From: Dimargaris cristalligena
Taxonomy: Eukaryota
Assembly (NCBI GenBank): GCA_003614675.1
Contig: ML002379.1
Location: forward strand, 1-35,497
Length of the DNA: 35,497 nt
Direction: 5' to 3'
Shown here: positions 10,008 through 20,950 of the stretch, in pieces
How the letters are laid out: each line of letters opens with the position of its first letter
Numbering within the stretch: position 1 is the first letter of the stretch
The notes under the pieces: generated by a model
Seen by the model: only the letters and a program-made list of their open reading frames with translations
Told to the model about the DNA's origin: nothing
Database searches by the model: none
Position numbers and translations under genes: made by a program

Positions 10008-11510
10008 ATGGCGCTTGCCACCTTTCCCCCACAGCGCAAGGCTTCCACGACTGCTCTATTGGACTTTGCCCTGGACGGGCCAGCGTCCCAGTCGTCCGAC
10101 TATGATTCCGAGGAGGAGGAAGACGAGGTAGCTTGGCGGCCTAGTCCCCCCTCCGCCAAGGCACTCCGCTTACTTGGCCTCAGCGCACCGCCCTCGTCTC
10201 CACTGGTAGCGGCGAACAGCCACGTGGTTGGACCAAGAGAGGAAGAAGCTGAGGAAGAAGAGGAGGAGGGGCTGTCCTTCCTCGAGGGCTTGGCCCTATC
10301 CGTCGAGCCCTCCCCAGCCACCTTGAACCCTACACCTAAACGGAGGTTCCGACGGTACCCGGCGTCTTCCTTCTCGTCATCCTCGGACCACACCGTAGTT
10401 TCCCTTCCCGTCCCGGCCAACCAGGCGGCCTCGGCCCGTAACAAATTCAAGCCCTCGTTCGACCTGCCGTCCCCTATCGAAACCCTCCCGGATATGCACT
10501 CCCCCCTGCCTACTACCTCGGGCTGGTTTTGGGAGCGGTCCATTGCCGCCAATGTGCACTGGTTTCGCCGCCATGCCTTTCATCCGCCCTACCATCCCTA
10601 CTTTTTTCTCCAGTGGCTCTTCTGCGTCCTCATTTTCTTTGGCCAATTCCTCTACCAGGGCCGCTTTGTGCAGGACCAGCCCGCGGCCTTCCGCGCTGTC
10701 TACGTTGTTGGTATTCTCATGAGCTTATGCACTGGCCTTCTGAACATCGCCGTCTCTGCGCTGGATCCCACCGATCCGGTGGTCAAGCAGGCCGCCGTGC
10801 CCCGCAATCCCGTGTACGATTTGACCCCTGGTATTCTCGTCAATAACCTGGTCACTGGTGTGTGCGACGTGTGTTTGGTCCAAACCGACTTCCACACCCG
10901 CCATTGCAAGCGCTGCAACCGGTGTGTGGCCGGGTTTGACCACCACTGCAAATGGCTCAATACCTGCATCGGCAGTCGCAACTACCGCACCTTCATCGCC
11001 CTTCTGGCGGTGGGCTGGATAACCGCCCTCGGCTACCTGGCCAACTCCATTTACATTATTTACCTGTTCTTTTACCAAAAGGACGTCTATTTGCGGCGGG
11101 TGGCCGATATATTTGATTTAGACACCCCGCAACCCGATGCCCGGGCCTCCGCCGTCATCGGGGCCGACGTTTTGGTAGGCTGTCTGACCTTTTTGAACTG
11201 GATGGCCGTCTCGGCCGTCACCCAAATTCTGGTGTTCCATCTCCGCCTGCGCCGAACGGGCCAAACCACCGTTGACTACCTGAATGAGCTTGACGACCGC
11301 CGGCACGCCGAGGCCCACCTTCCCCCCGGGGTCCCCACCACTGGGCGGGTCCGGTTCCTTCGTCGCCTGCAGACCGTATCGAATGCAGTCCGCCATACTA
11401 TCCGCCGAGTCCTTCGCCTGCCGAATCCCGCCAATGGACCGACCGATCTCCCCTATTCGTATTGGAAACCGCCACAACAGCCGGAGCCCGTGCCTCTCAA
11501 TGCGCTTTAA
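10008..11510 (+). CDS. DHHC-type protein S-palmitoyltransferase, 500 aa
   Basis: Cys-rich domain CDVC..HTRHCKRCNRCVAGFDHHCKWLNTCIGSRNY, four TM segments, TTxE-like TTVD motif, acidic disordered N-terminus. The ATG directly follows an acceptor-like ttattcag, so an upstream exon is possible. Confidence 0.93.
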   Translation: MALATFPPQRKASTTALLDFALDGPASQSSDYDSEEEEDEVAWRPSPPSAKALRLLGLSAPPSSPLVAANSHVVGPREEEAEEEEEEGLSFLEGLALSVEPSPATLNPTPKRRFRRYPASSFSSSSDHTVVSLPVPANQAASARNKFKPSFDLPSPIETLPDMHSPLPTTSGWFWERSIAANVHWFRRHAFHPPYHPYFFLQWLFCVLIFFGQFLYQGRFVQDQPAAFRAVYVVGILMSLCTGLLNIAVSALDPTDPVVKQAAVPRNPVYDLTPGILVNNLVTGVCDVCLVQTDFHTRHCKRCNRCVAGFDHHCKWLNTCIGSRNYRTFIALLAVGWITALGYLANSIYIIYLFFYQKDVYLRRVADIFDLDTPQPDARASAVIGADVLVGCLTFLNWMAVSAVTQILVFHLRLRRTGQTTVDYLNELDDRRHAEAHLPPGVPTTGRVRFLRRLQTVSNAVRHTIRRVLRLPNPANGPTDLPYSYWKPPQQPEPVPLNAL

Positions 11511-11887
11511 TGACGGGTCATTGGCAATTCATACTTCTTCTGATTCTCTCAAAGACGCGATACCTGGGGCCGGGTGGCTTTTGGGTTACTCCTAATCTGA
11601 TCCCATACCTGTGTATTATTAAATCCGAGTCCGCAACCTGCCGCATAACTTTAGTGTAATCATAGCATAGCTTCCTCCCCCGGTGCTTCCACTAGTACGG
11701 ACATTTTGGATAGGTGATTCTGCTTGGTGGCGCTTTTTCAGTTCCACACACACCCCCCCTGTGACCTTGCACGGTAGTTGATTATACCGAGGAGGAACGC
11801 AGTTATATCAATATATTTATTAAAAATAAAGCAATGGCCAATGGCAGGCCCGAATGAGACTAACCCCACATACCATCGTCACTCAGG

Positions 11888-12084
11888 GGGTGGAGCTGGA
11901 TGAAGGAAGATACTTTGGGTTCCTTCCGGGTTTGAGGTATCGACTAGAGTCGGCTTTACGGGAACCGAGTTAATTAGGGGGCGGGCATACCCCGATTTGT
12001 GCCAAGCTTCGGTTCCCCGGTAGATGTCGACTTTAGCATGGTGATACCCCCGTATCCCAATTTGCTCTGAATGGTCCCTTCACC
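11888..12084 (+). ncRNA. Candidate structured non-coding RNA or inverted-repeat element (unassigned family)
   Basis: Stem 11944-11968 pairs with 12009-12036 (25 bp, 3 G:U, two small bulges). It extends through ggtatc 11936-11941 / gatacc 12043-12048. Side hairpins at 11902-11926 and 11984-12003. Confidence 0.4.
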
Positions 12085-12888
12085 TATATTGAAGACCAGC
12101 TATGATTGACCCTGCTACCCAACAGTACACTGATTGCCGGCCTAAGTAGGTAATAATTACTGTCTCATCTCCAACTGGAGTAGGCCTTTCTCGCACCACT
12201 TGGTCAAGGATTGCCATTGAATCTTCCCACAACCCCGCCAACAATGCCATGAACCTTTTAGGGTTATTGCGGGCTTTGTTTGCATGTCCTCGAATGCAGA
12301 CGCCTGCACCCGTAGATTCGGACTTGGCTGGCGCGATGGGGCTTACGCTAATTAGGTTTTCGCTAGGGTCATTGGAGTTAGGTGACCGACAGGATTGAGT
12401 ACCGGCCATAATCCCGTCCAACGAAATGTCAGTCATCGACTGTGCTTAGGGTGTTTGATCTCACTGTGCCATGATTTCCCTCGATTCCTCGTACTATCCC
12501 CGCCACTCACTAATGAGTAGGGTTATAACAACAACCTAATTCGCTGCACTTGTATTTGAAACATTCAACGGGGCAAGTCCACTTCTAGATCCCCCTTTCT
12601 CACCCAACATCCGTCGCCTTTTTTTTGGGGGGGTGTGAGGGGGGGAGGGTCGGACCCTACGCATGGGTTGGCCTGTATATTTCACCCTCTGCTTACACAT
12701 GGTAATATTTAAGGCCTCAAAGGCCATCTTCCGCCTGGCTTACTTTCCGGCTTTGTTCTTTGCGTATTGATCTTCATTCCCCCCCTAATTAACCACCGGT
12801 CTACTTGGTGGGTAGCCCCTCAGCCAACTATATCGAATTATTAGACATTTTCCCATTACCCGGGCCTTTTCACGAGACTTGGCGTACC

Positions 12889-14550
12889 ATGCTTAGTCGG
12901 TGGTGCGCTCGGGTGACCATTATAGCCCTGGGTTTGTGGCTGGGGTGTGTTCGGGATAGCCAGGCCTCACTAACGACGGTCGCCACTCAGGAAACTTTCC
13001 GGGCCTATGACTTTCCCCGCAACGATGACCACCCAGCACCGGGGCTAAGTGCCTTCTCCGGCCATCTATTATTAGCCTCCGTGGATGAGAACTGCCACAT
13101 CCAGGTGGATGACTCAAAGTATCCCAGTATTTTGGGTAACAATGGGCCGCGGAACGACTCGCTGGGCACTATCCTCGCGTACGTCGATATGTCCAACTTG
13201 CCAAGCATCAAGTGTCGCCGTTTAGTATCCGTACTTGAAGTCAGCCAAGGTCTCGAATCCATCGACGCCCTCGTTTTCGCCTCGATCCACGACTCCGACA
13301 CCGACTTTGGGGGACTCGACGACATTAATTTGTATTTCTACCGGGAGGCCTTGCCCATACCCCAGTTTTTATTGGCAGTGGGCCAAGACACGGGCCAGAG
13401 CCTCTTGCGCCAGCTTACCGAACACCCCGCCCCGGAGGGGATTTCCGTGACCGGCGTGTGGGACGACAGCCCCTGGACGGTTCTGGCCGGAAGCGTGGGC
13501 TTTCTGTTTGTCCGCTGGCTCTTCTTTGCTATCCGCGTGTTAGCGGCCTTGTATGTGACGTACCACATGTTTACCATGTACCGCCTCTCCTGCTTCCGCT
13601 ACTCGTTCAAATTCCTGGTCTTTACGGCGATTCTAGTCCACCTGGTTGCCTTTATGATCGGACCGCTGGAGCTATATATTTACCGCTACCAGGCCTGGCT
13701 GTTCCTCATTGGCTGGTTTGCGGTCAATGCGGCTTTTTACGCACTAATTCTACGGTGGGCCCGGGTGGTGCGGTCCATTTACCCCTGGAAATGGCTCCGG
13801 TTCTTCACCGCTCTAGCCCATGTCGCCTTTTACGCTGTCTTCATCACTCTCTTCTTCACGGGCCTTAATTACTTTACCTTGCCCAGCCGGGAGTTTGTGT
13901 CCGATTTCGGCAACATTTTACGCACCTATGTCGTAACGTCCCTGACGGCCATCCAATCGGTCTTCTTCACAACAGTGGGGCTAAGGGTCGTATTCCTCCA
14001 ATGGCGTCAGTACCGTTCGGACCCGGGTGCCATGGCTCTCATTAAATTGACCCTGCTATGCCTGTTTTCCATGTTTGGCTGGCTACTGCTATCACTGGTG
14101 CTGGTCCTCATCCAAACTGTTTGGGCCGTTCCCGATGTGAAAACCTACCTGGGCCGGATTATTTGCTCCCATATCGCCAGTCTATTGGCGGTTTTCGCGG
14201 TCTTTTGGAATATGACCGTGTCAGGTGTCGATTCGCATTCATCTGACCCGTCCGGCCAAGCCCGGACGTCGCTGGGTGGTCGATTGGGCAGTGTCCACCT
14301 ACAGTCCTGCAATGGCCACTTAGTCGACACGTGTGCGTCAACCCCACGCACCTCGCGCGACTGCGTTTCGGACGTCCTCGAAAAGGATTGCAAAAACCCT
14401 CTGTCCGAAAAACCGGTTAGGTTGTCGATTCTTCCCTCGGTGTCGCCGAGACCCCGTCATCTCAGCCGGTGTGAACCTGAGCCGCGGGCTCTGAATGAGG
14501 ACCCACCTACTTTTGGGACCGAATCTTATGAATGTAAAGTACTTATTTAG
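12889..14550 (+). CDS. Signal peptide + PA-domain-like ectodomain + 7-transmembrane receptor-like protein, 553 aa
   Basis: First ATG at 12889 (accATG). Signal peptide MLSRWCARVTIIALGLWLGCVRDSQA, ~170-aa luminal region, seven hydrophobic segments, Ser/Pro-rich cytosolic tail. Single exon. Confidence 0.85.
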   Translation: MLSRWCARVTIIALGLWLGCVRDSQASLTTVATQETFRAYDFPRNDDHPAPGLSAFSGHLLLASVDENCHIQVDDSKYPSILGNNGPRNDSLGTILAYVDMSNLPSIKCRRLVSVLEVSQGLESIDALVFASIHDSDTDFGGLDDINLYFYREALPIPQFLLAVGQDTGQSLLRQLTEHPAPEGISVTGVWDDSPWTVLAGSVGFLFVRWLFFAIRVLAALYVTYHMFTMYRLSCFRYSFKFLVFTAILVHLVAFMIGPLELYIYRYQAWLFLIGWFAVNAAFYALILRWARVVRSIYPWKWLRFFTALAHVAFYAVFITLFFTGLNYFTLPSREFVSDFGNILRTYVVTSLTAIQSVFFTTVGLRVVFLQWRQYRSDPGAMALIKLTLLCLFSMFGWLLLSLVLVLIQTVWAVPDVKTYLGRIICSHIASLLAVFAVFWNMTVSGVDSHSSDPSGQARTSLGGRLGSVHLQSCNGHLVDTCASTPRTSRDCVSDVLEKDCKNPLSEKPVRLSILPSVSPRPRHLSRCEPEPRALNEDPPTFGTESYECKVLI

Positions 14551-17055
14551 TCATGGCCGAAAAGGCCGGTTATTAATGAATTTAATTACACCGCTGGTAA
14601 CTAAAGTTGGACTCTTCCCCCCCCCCTGTGTTAGTGAAACAAGGTCTCTCAGGGTATGATGTGGGGAAAGAAGGGTGGTTGGCCCTACTACCAATAGCTG
14701 TATCGAATTTTTTGGTTTAGGATTGGCCAAATAGCCAAAACAATCGCTTGATAAAATATATGACTGTAACTTGGCCCCGCTATATAGAAGGTTGTACATG
14801 ATCTGTGTATAGGATAAAATAGGCAGACAATTTGTTTTTATCCAGTAGCATGTGCCTCATCCAGCGGAGTTTTCGTTATATAGCCCAGTCGAACCTCTTC
14901 TATGTTGACTTGGGTGGTGACTGAGTACACACAGCCAACTAGCGGGTATTAGTAGGACCGAAAGTCGGTTAGAGTTAGCCTGGCATTATTTGAAACTCGG
15001 TGTCAATCGGGAAATTGGGCCATCTGTATTTAAATCGGGAATAACGCGTCCGATGGCCCCCACCACTCCACCGGATGCTCACTACTGCCAAAACTTTAAA
15101 GTACATGATGCGTACTGTAATTCACGGCCACAACCATGTTAAACATGACGACCCTAAAGTTGTCAGTAGTAGTATGGAGTATAAGTTCCCCTGGCCCATG
15201 CGGTAGCTGCTTGTTGTCCTTTACCTTGGCTTGGGACTGTCGGGTAGGTATGATATTCCGGCCATTTCACTTCACACACCCCCCTCCGGCATAGTCGCCA
15301 TGAAAATATAGGTACCTAACCACATCCTATGTAACGGGGCTCCCTGCTGGGCTTGGGAGGGCGGAACAATGCCGCCTCCGCTATACTAACATGTCCGCTG
15401 GTTATTAAAAGCCCACACTGGTGAGTGCCCTTAATCCTTACTGCATTCAACTGGTGCCTTCAGCCCCACCACGTTGGTCCCAGTCCACTGTGATAAAATA
15501 GCGCAATTAACACCGGATTCGGCCGGTCCGACTCAGTTTTGCAAGTATTGCTTATTGATGGGCGCAGTTGCTCATAGATTACCGCCTTTGTTCCTTCCTA
15601 CGAACTTCGTGTTAGGAAGGGGAGGGGTGGGCTGGATAAATATTTGGCATTCCTTAAAAGTATTCGACGGTAGCTGGCCCAACAAAATGGGGCCGATTTG
15701 CGGCCATTGGATAAGCCAAGTGGCAATCGATACGGCTGATCGATGTGTATATATGTGGGTATTCGAAAGAGGAGGCGACGACCCGGATCAGTAATTAGCC
15801 AGGTTGGTTACGGAGATAGGTTCTGTTCGTATGATCAGGAAGAGCATCGTTAGGCAATCGTGGAGTATCAAGACTTTCGTCAAGGCTAAGAGATTGGTTA
15901 GGTTTTATTACAGAGAGCACCGACTTCATTGGACGTGTATCCCTTTATTGGCGGGAGTCGCTGTGGGTGGGAAGGCAAGGGCGGGTTGGAGGCACAATAA
16001 AAATAGAAAACAGAGGCACAAGGTTAATTCGGCCAGCGCTTTTTAGCATTACGTTGCCATTGGGAGGACTGTGGGCGGGGCCAGTGTCGGACCAATGATT
16101 GGGCTACGATTTTCCCTCGCCCCTCTTTACGAGAAGTGATGAATGGGCTATTCAGTGCATCGACCCAGCAGTGCCTGGACCAAGGCTGTGTAGGGGTAGC
16201 CTTCCATACATCCCCCATTTGGTCCAGTCCGTTCGGTGGGGCGTTACCCAGTCTGTTGTTCTCTGGCCGATATCCCAAAATAGCGAGTCGCGGCGACCTC
16301 GACTGGCCCTTTCTAATGCCTTAGTACCACGGACCTCCCCCTTTGCCGGGCCGCGGTGAAAAAGACTCATCGATTATAACAAATGCTCGGTCGGGGCAAA
16401 CGGCGGGTGATAGGGTTCCAGTAAGGCCGGTTAGGGTTAGGAGGGGTAAGTCCGACACCGGAGCGGGGGATTGGCTACGCGTTCTAGTCCTAAAATAGAA
16501 TGGCGGATGAGCAAAAGGAGCGGCAAATGGGCGAGACATGCTGGAGTGAAGATTCGCGCTGAGAACAGTGGAGTTCGTTAATCTGCCAATCGGGCGAATA
16601 CATATCATCATCATCATCAGAAACGCATGTGTCCCCTCGCCTTCGAATTTATGAGCGGAAAACCAAACACATACCACCGGCCATGTGAACAGCATAAACG
16701 AGCGGTTTAAAGATAACGTGAGGCCGCCAAGGATAGTCAAGGGCTGGTACTAACAGCCTCGCCAACGAAAATAGGCAGGGCCCCGACGACGGCCAGCTTA
16801 CCCAGGCCGACTCGATCCACTTCATCAGATACAAGATGGATGGGGACTTCCCTCATGAGGGGGGAGACCCAGCGGCGGTAGGGGTCGCAGAAATCGCTCG
16901 ATGCGAGATTATCGAGGTGTCCTCCATTTGTCCGTTGGTGGGGATTGCCCCCTTTTCGTTTCACACTTCTCCAGCATTAAAGCCCATTGGACTCCTCCTG
17001 GCTTCCGTACTCCAGTCTATGGATAACCAGGGGTAATTCACCGTGCCGGGAGCAC

Positions 17056-17063
17056 TATTTAAA
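17056..17063 (+). promoter_or_regulatory. TATA-like element upstream of the SOD gene
   Basis: TATTTAAA followed by a CT-rich leader, about 160 nt before the ATG. Confidence 0.4.
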
Positions 17064-17221
17064 CCGGCCCTAGCCCTCTCGTTCCTTCCCTATTCACACC
17101 ATCCACTTTCCCCTCCTCTTTCCCTCTGATCGGCCTGTTGTGAGTCCGCTAGCTCCATTTTCATTTCGCCTGCCTAGTCTCCACGCATTTCCCCCTGATT
17201 ATTGCCGCACTTCCCTTCACT

Positions 17222-17743
17222 ATGCGTTTCTCTACTGCTTGTCTGGCTCTGACCGCCTTGGCCGCCCCCGCTTTGGCCCTGCCGACCGCCGACCACGCCG
17301 TCGCCAAGTTCGAAAACCCCGCCGGAGTATCGGGCCAGGTGACTTTTGAGCGCCAGCCCAAGTGCGGCGCGCAGGGTACGCACGTCTCCTTCCAGTTTAG
17401 CGGGTTTGGCGCCACCGCCGTCGGCCCCTTCTCCTACCATATTCACCAGTCTCCGGTAGGCGCGGACGGTGGCTGCACGGCCACGGGCGGACACTTTGAC
17501 CCCTACGCCGTCCCCAAAACCCCCGTGTACACCTGCAATCCCGCGCAGGCCCGTGCCACCTGTGAGGTGGGCGACCTTAGTGGTAAGCACGGGAAGCTCA
17601 ACCCCCTGCCCGCCAACGGACCCGTCAGTGGGTCGTACCACGACGTCGACGTGGAGCTCACCGGAGCCAACGCTATCGTGGGGCGGTCGGTGGTGGTGCA
17701 CAATGCCCAGGGTGACCGGATTGCTTGCGCCAACATTGTTTAG
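17222..17743 (+). CDS. Secreted Cu/Zn-family superoxide dismutase, Cu-only (SOD5-like) type, 173 aa
   Basis: Signal peptide; YHIH, GGHFDP, CEVGDLSGKHG, GRSVVVH and RIACANI motifs. Confidence 0.93.
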   Translation: MRFSTACLALTALAAPALALPTADHAVAKFENPAGVSGQVTFERQPKCGAQGTHVSFQFSGFGATAVGPFSYHIHQSPVGADGGCTATGGHFDPYAVPKTPVYTCNPAQARATCEVGDLSGKHGKLNPLPANGPVSGSYHDVDVELTGANAIVGRSVVVHNAQGDRIACANIV

Positions 17744-18337
17744 ACTCGGCCGGGTTTTTGCCGGATAATCTCGCATGGTGCTTAGACGCCCACGTTGTAA
17801 TGCCATTTCCCATATTTATGGGCGCTTTCATCCGTAGACTCGGATGGGTTGGACAGAGTGCCTTTTTTAATGACCCTTTCATGACTAGGGGCTAAATACC
17901 CCGTCTCGCGACTAATAAAACGCATATTTGATATCGAATGAGGGTGGGTAGATATAGTATATCTATTTTCTTAGGGCGTTTAGCCAAAAAGGCAGTGCGG
18001 GTTTATGGCGGAGAAGTCCAATCAAACCAAAACAAGACAGGGCAAGTACCGCCCCATTCAGCTGGTGAGGAACGGTGATAATCAAGGCCAGCCCTAGTAG
18101 ACTGCTCCGAAAACCATTCCCCCCCAGTGTGAGGGCTTTTGGAGGAGCATTAGTTTGGGAATGTTTAGCGTCGAATCCAAACCTCTAAGGCAGGGCAAAA
18201 TAGTTGAGGGAGGGTTATAGAGACTTCCCTCCTTTTACTGGCGGTTCATTGCCCTCCTCTATCCACTAGACTCCTTTCGCTGACCTACTCCTTCTGCCCA
18301 TTTTACTTGTCGCGTATACTTCAGCCCCTCTAACACC

Positions 18338-19272
18338 ATGAGCGACCCCTTGGAAGACCTCATTCGGAACATGTCGTCTGCTCCGGATGAAACCGCCCAA
18401 GAGCAGCGGCGGAAACAGCTGGACCAGGACCTCACTTCAGACGAAGATGACCACGATAGTGCAGAGGCTGAACCGTCCCTCTACACCCGGGAGCTAACGG
18501 ACGGGCCCCAAACGGGACCTAAAGGGGTTCTCGCTGACTATCGACACTTTAAAGCTATTCAGCAGCAATACCAACGCCAGCCTCGGTCCCAGCCCCCGCC
18601 CCGGGAACCGACGCGTGGGGCCGAGTCAGCAGACGACTCGGAATTCGATGACCTACTCGACGACGAGGTCCTACAGCAGTACAGCCAGCAGCGGCTGGCC
18701 GAGTGGCAAGCGAACCAAAAAACCTTTGGTACAGTGGAGGAGGTGGCCGCGGACAGCTACGCGACCACGGTGGACCAGGAGGCGCCCACGGTGCGGGTGG
18801 TAGTCCACGTATACGACGACTCGGTGGCGGTCTGCCGGCATCTCAATGAAATGCTGAGTGGGCTGGCCCGGACGCTTCCTCACATCCGGTTTATCAAGAT
18901 TCAGGCATGGGAGACGGGCCAATCCACGTTTACCCCAGATGTCCTTCCGATTTTGCTGGCGTACCAGGACGGCCTGTTGATTGATACGGTTATTCGGGCG
19001 GCCGACCAACTGCCGACTGGCCACTTTACGGCGACAGACGTGGCTAACCTGCTGCAAAAGTAAGTCGATAACGTTCCGTCACCCCATGTCCCTCGTTTCT
19101 CAGTTGCTGGGCTATGCCGTTCTGGAATAACCCTCCCCCCCCGGTCGTTGAGCCTAGCTGATAGATCCTAACTCCCCCCATCTATACGCTTGTTTGTTCA
19201 TAACATGATGCCTTCTCCTCTCCCGCCTTCTTCAGGACCGAATTGCTGCCAACCACCACCACCACCAACTGA
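18338..19272 (+). CDS. Phosducin-like protein (PhLP1-type, thioredoxin fold), 2 exons, 252 aa
   Basis: TGPKGVLADY motif, acidic DDSEFDDLLDDE, VVVHVY..C..LNEML..LA and DVLPILLAYQDG. Exons 18338-19059 and 19236-19272 (GTAAGT..TTCAG) are in frame. Confidence 0.92.
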
Positions 19273-20950
19273 GAATCCGGAAGTACGTGTGCGCTGATTC
19301 GGGGGTATCAAGCCTCCCTGGGACGCAGCTGTCATGTGAACTGGCCAGTTCTTTGGCTTTTCCAATCTTCCATTTTACCGTAGGCCAGTTGAGGAGGTTC
19401 CCTGTCGCCCGAATAATAAAGGAGATATGTTTTATACAATATAATATAATATAGGTAGGGGGGTATTACTGCCCTTTTGATCGGAGCAGCTGCGTGTGGT
19501 TGGGGGGATGTGTGGCCTAAGCACCGGCCGTTATAGGCTGAAGAAGGGGGGGCCTATCGTTCGGCAGAAGAGGGCTCATCGCAGCCCCCGTGATTCGCAC
19601 GACCATCCCCTCTTTACTGGAGGGAGGGCAAATCGGCCAAGTCGGGTGATGGATTGACGGCGACGACTCTATTATAATATCCACAGGCCAACGTGGGCAT
19701 TCACTAGCCCTCTTCTGCCTCCTGAATCCGGGCTGATTCGTGTGGCCGTGGAAAGGCCCCTGGATGCGAGACCATTCCGCCCCCTGGGTTCCAAATCCCC
19801 TCCTTGCTAGCGATGGTCGCGCGATTCTTACTTAATGGGTCCCTATCTAGAGGCTAGTTAATATGGCGACACAAAAGGGTGCGTGCGGACGCGTTTGGCA
19901 GTCGTCGCCATCGTAATCTTTAACGTAGCCGAAATCGTAATCGCAAGGGGATTAGTTAGAGGGTTAGTTAGGCGCATTAGCATCTTCGTCCGTCGCCGTC
20001 TCCGTCGTTGATGCTGCCCTCCCACTACTGGCCTTGGGGAGGACCTGCAGATTAAACAGAGTCTAACCCTCCCGGAAGAGCCAACCCCCTCCGCCCCATG
20101 ACCATCCCCCCCTTCCTTAGTTTATTTAGAACATCCAGTAGAATCTGACCCACATCTTTCTCCCTTTCTCCTTGCTCTTCTGGTTAGAACTTGCCTGGCC
20201 TTAGAAGCTCTGCACGCGTCTTTTTCTTGTCTTCATATGTTTAGCTGTGTTTAGTTGCTTCCTTTGATATTCTTACATTACTTTGATTAGGTCTTTAATA
20301 TTAATATATATATATTCAGACACACACGTAACTATCTATCTATCTAGCTATCTATAAATATTGCAGAATTCGTTTTGGATTGTTTTTTGGCTGGCCAAGA
20401 CGACTCTCACTGCCCAATCCTTTTGGACTATTGCACCCCTGACCAACGACCTCATCTGCCTCCGTTGCTCTAGCCCATCTCATTCCGGCCTTCCCTCTCA
20501 GCTCCCTCATTTCCGCCCCGTCCGCATTCCAACCTTTCACCAACAGGTACGCATCGTCTCCGTTAAGGCAAGCCCACGGCTGGCCACGTCTGGGGAATAT
20601 ACATATATACATACACTACTTCTAAATTGCCAGTCCTGTATAGAGAGAAACCTTCATATTGGCCTGCCTCGATAGAGCCTACCACATGACTGTTATTCGG
20701 TAACCCCCCTGTAGTTATTACTATCATTATCATTATCATTATTACTATTACTATTATTATGCTGCCCTGCGTTCGGGGTGGGGGGCAGTCAGCCTACATT
20801 GCCAAGCACTCCTCCTTCACCTAACCTTCCCCCCTCCTATAATACCCTATTCTCTACACCCGCTTCCATAATTGCCATGCTACAGAAACTGGGTGCCATA
20901 GTCACCTGACCTCGTCTCACACTCCTCCACTCCCTTCACCGCAGTGTATA

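Noticed and set aside
12080-12436. 118-aa ATG-initiated minus-strand ORF
   Set aside because: No recognisable domain, signal peptide or codon bias. It cannot be excluded without expression data.
17977-18000. Minus-strand GCCTTTTTGGCTAA resembling U2 snRNA stem I
   Set aside because: Lacks the following GATCAAGTGTAGTA branch-recognition sequence and an Sm site.
19720-19810. gggttccaaatccc resembling a tRNA T-arm
   Set aside because: The loop does not fit TTCRANY, and I could not build an acceptor stem, D-arm or anticodon arm.
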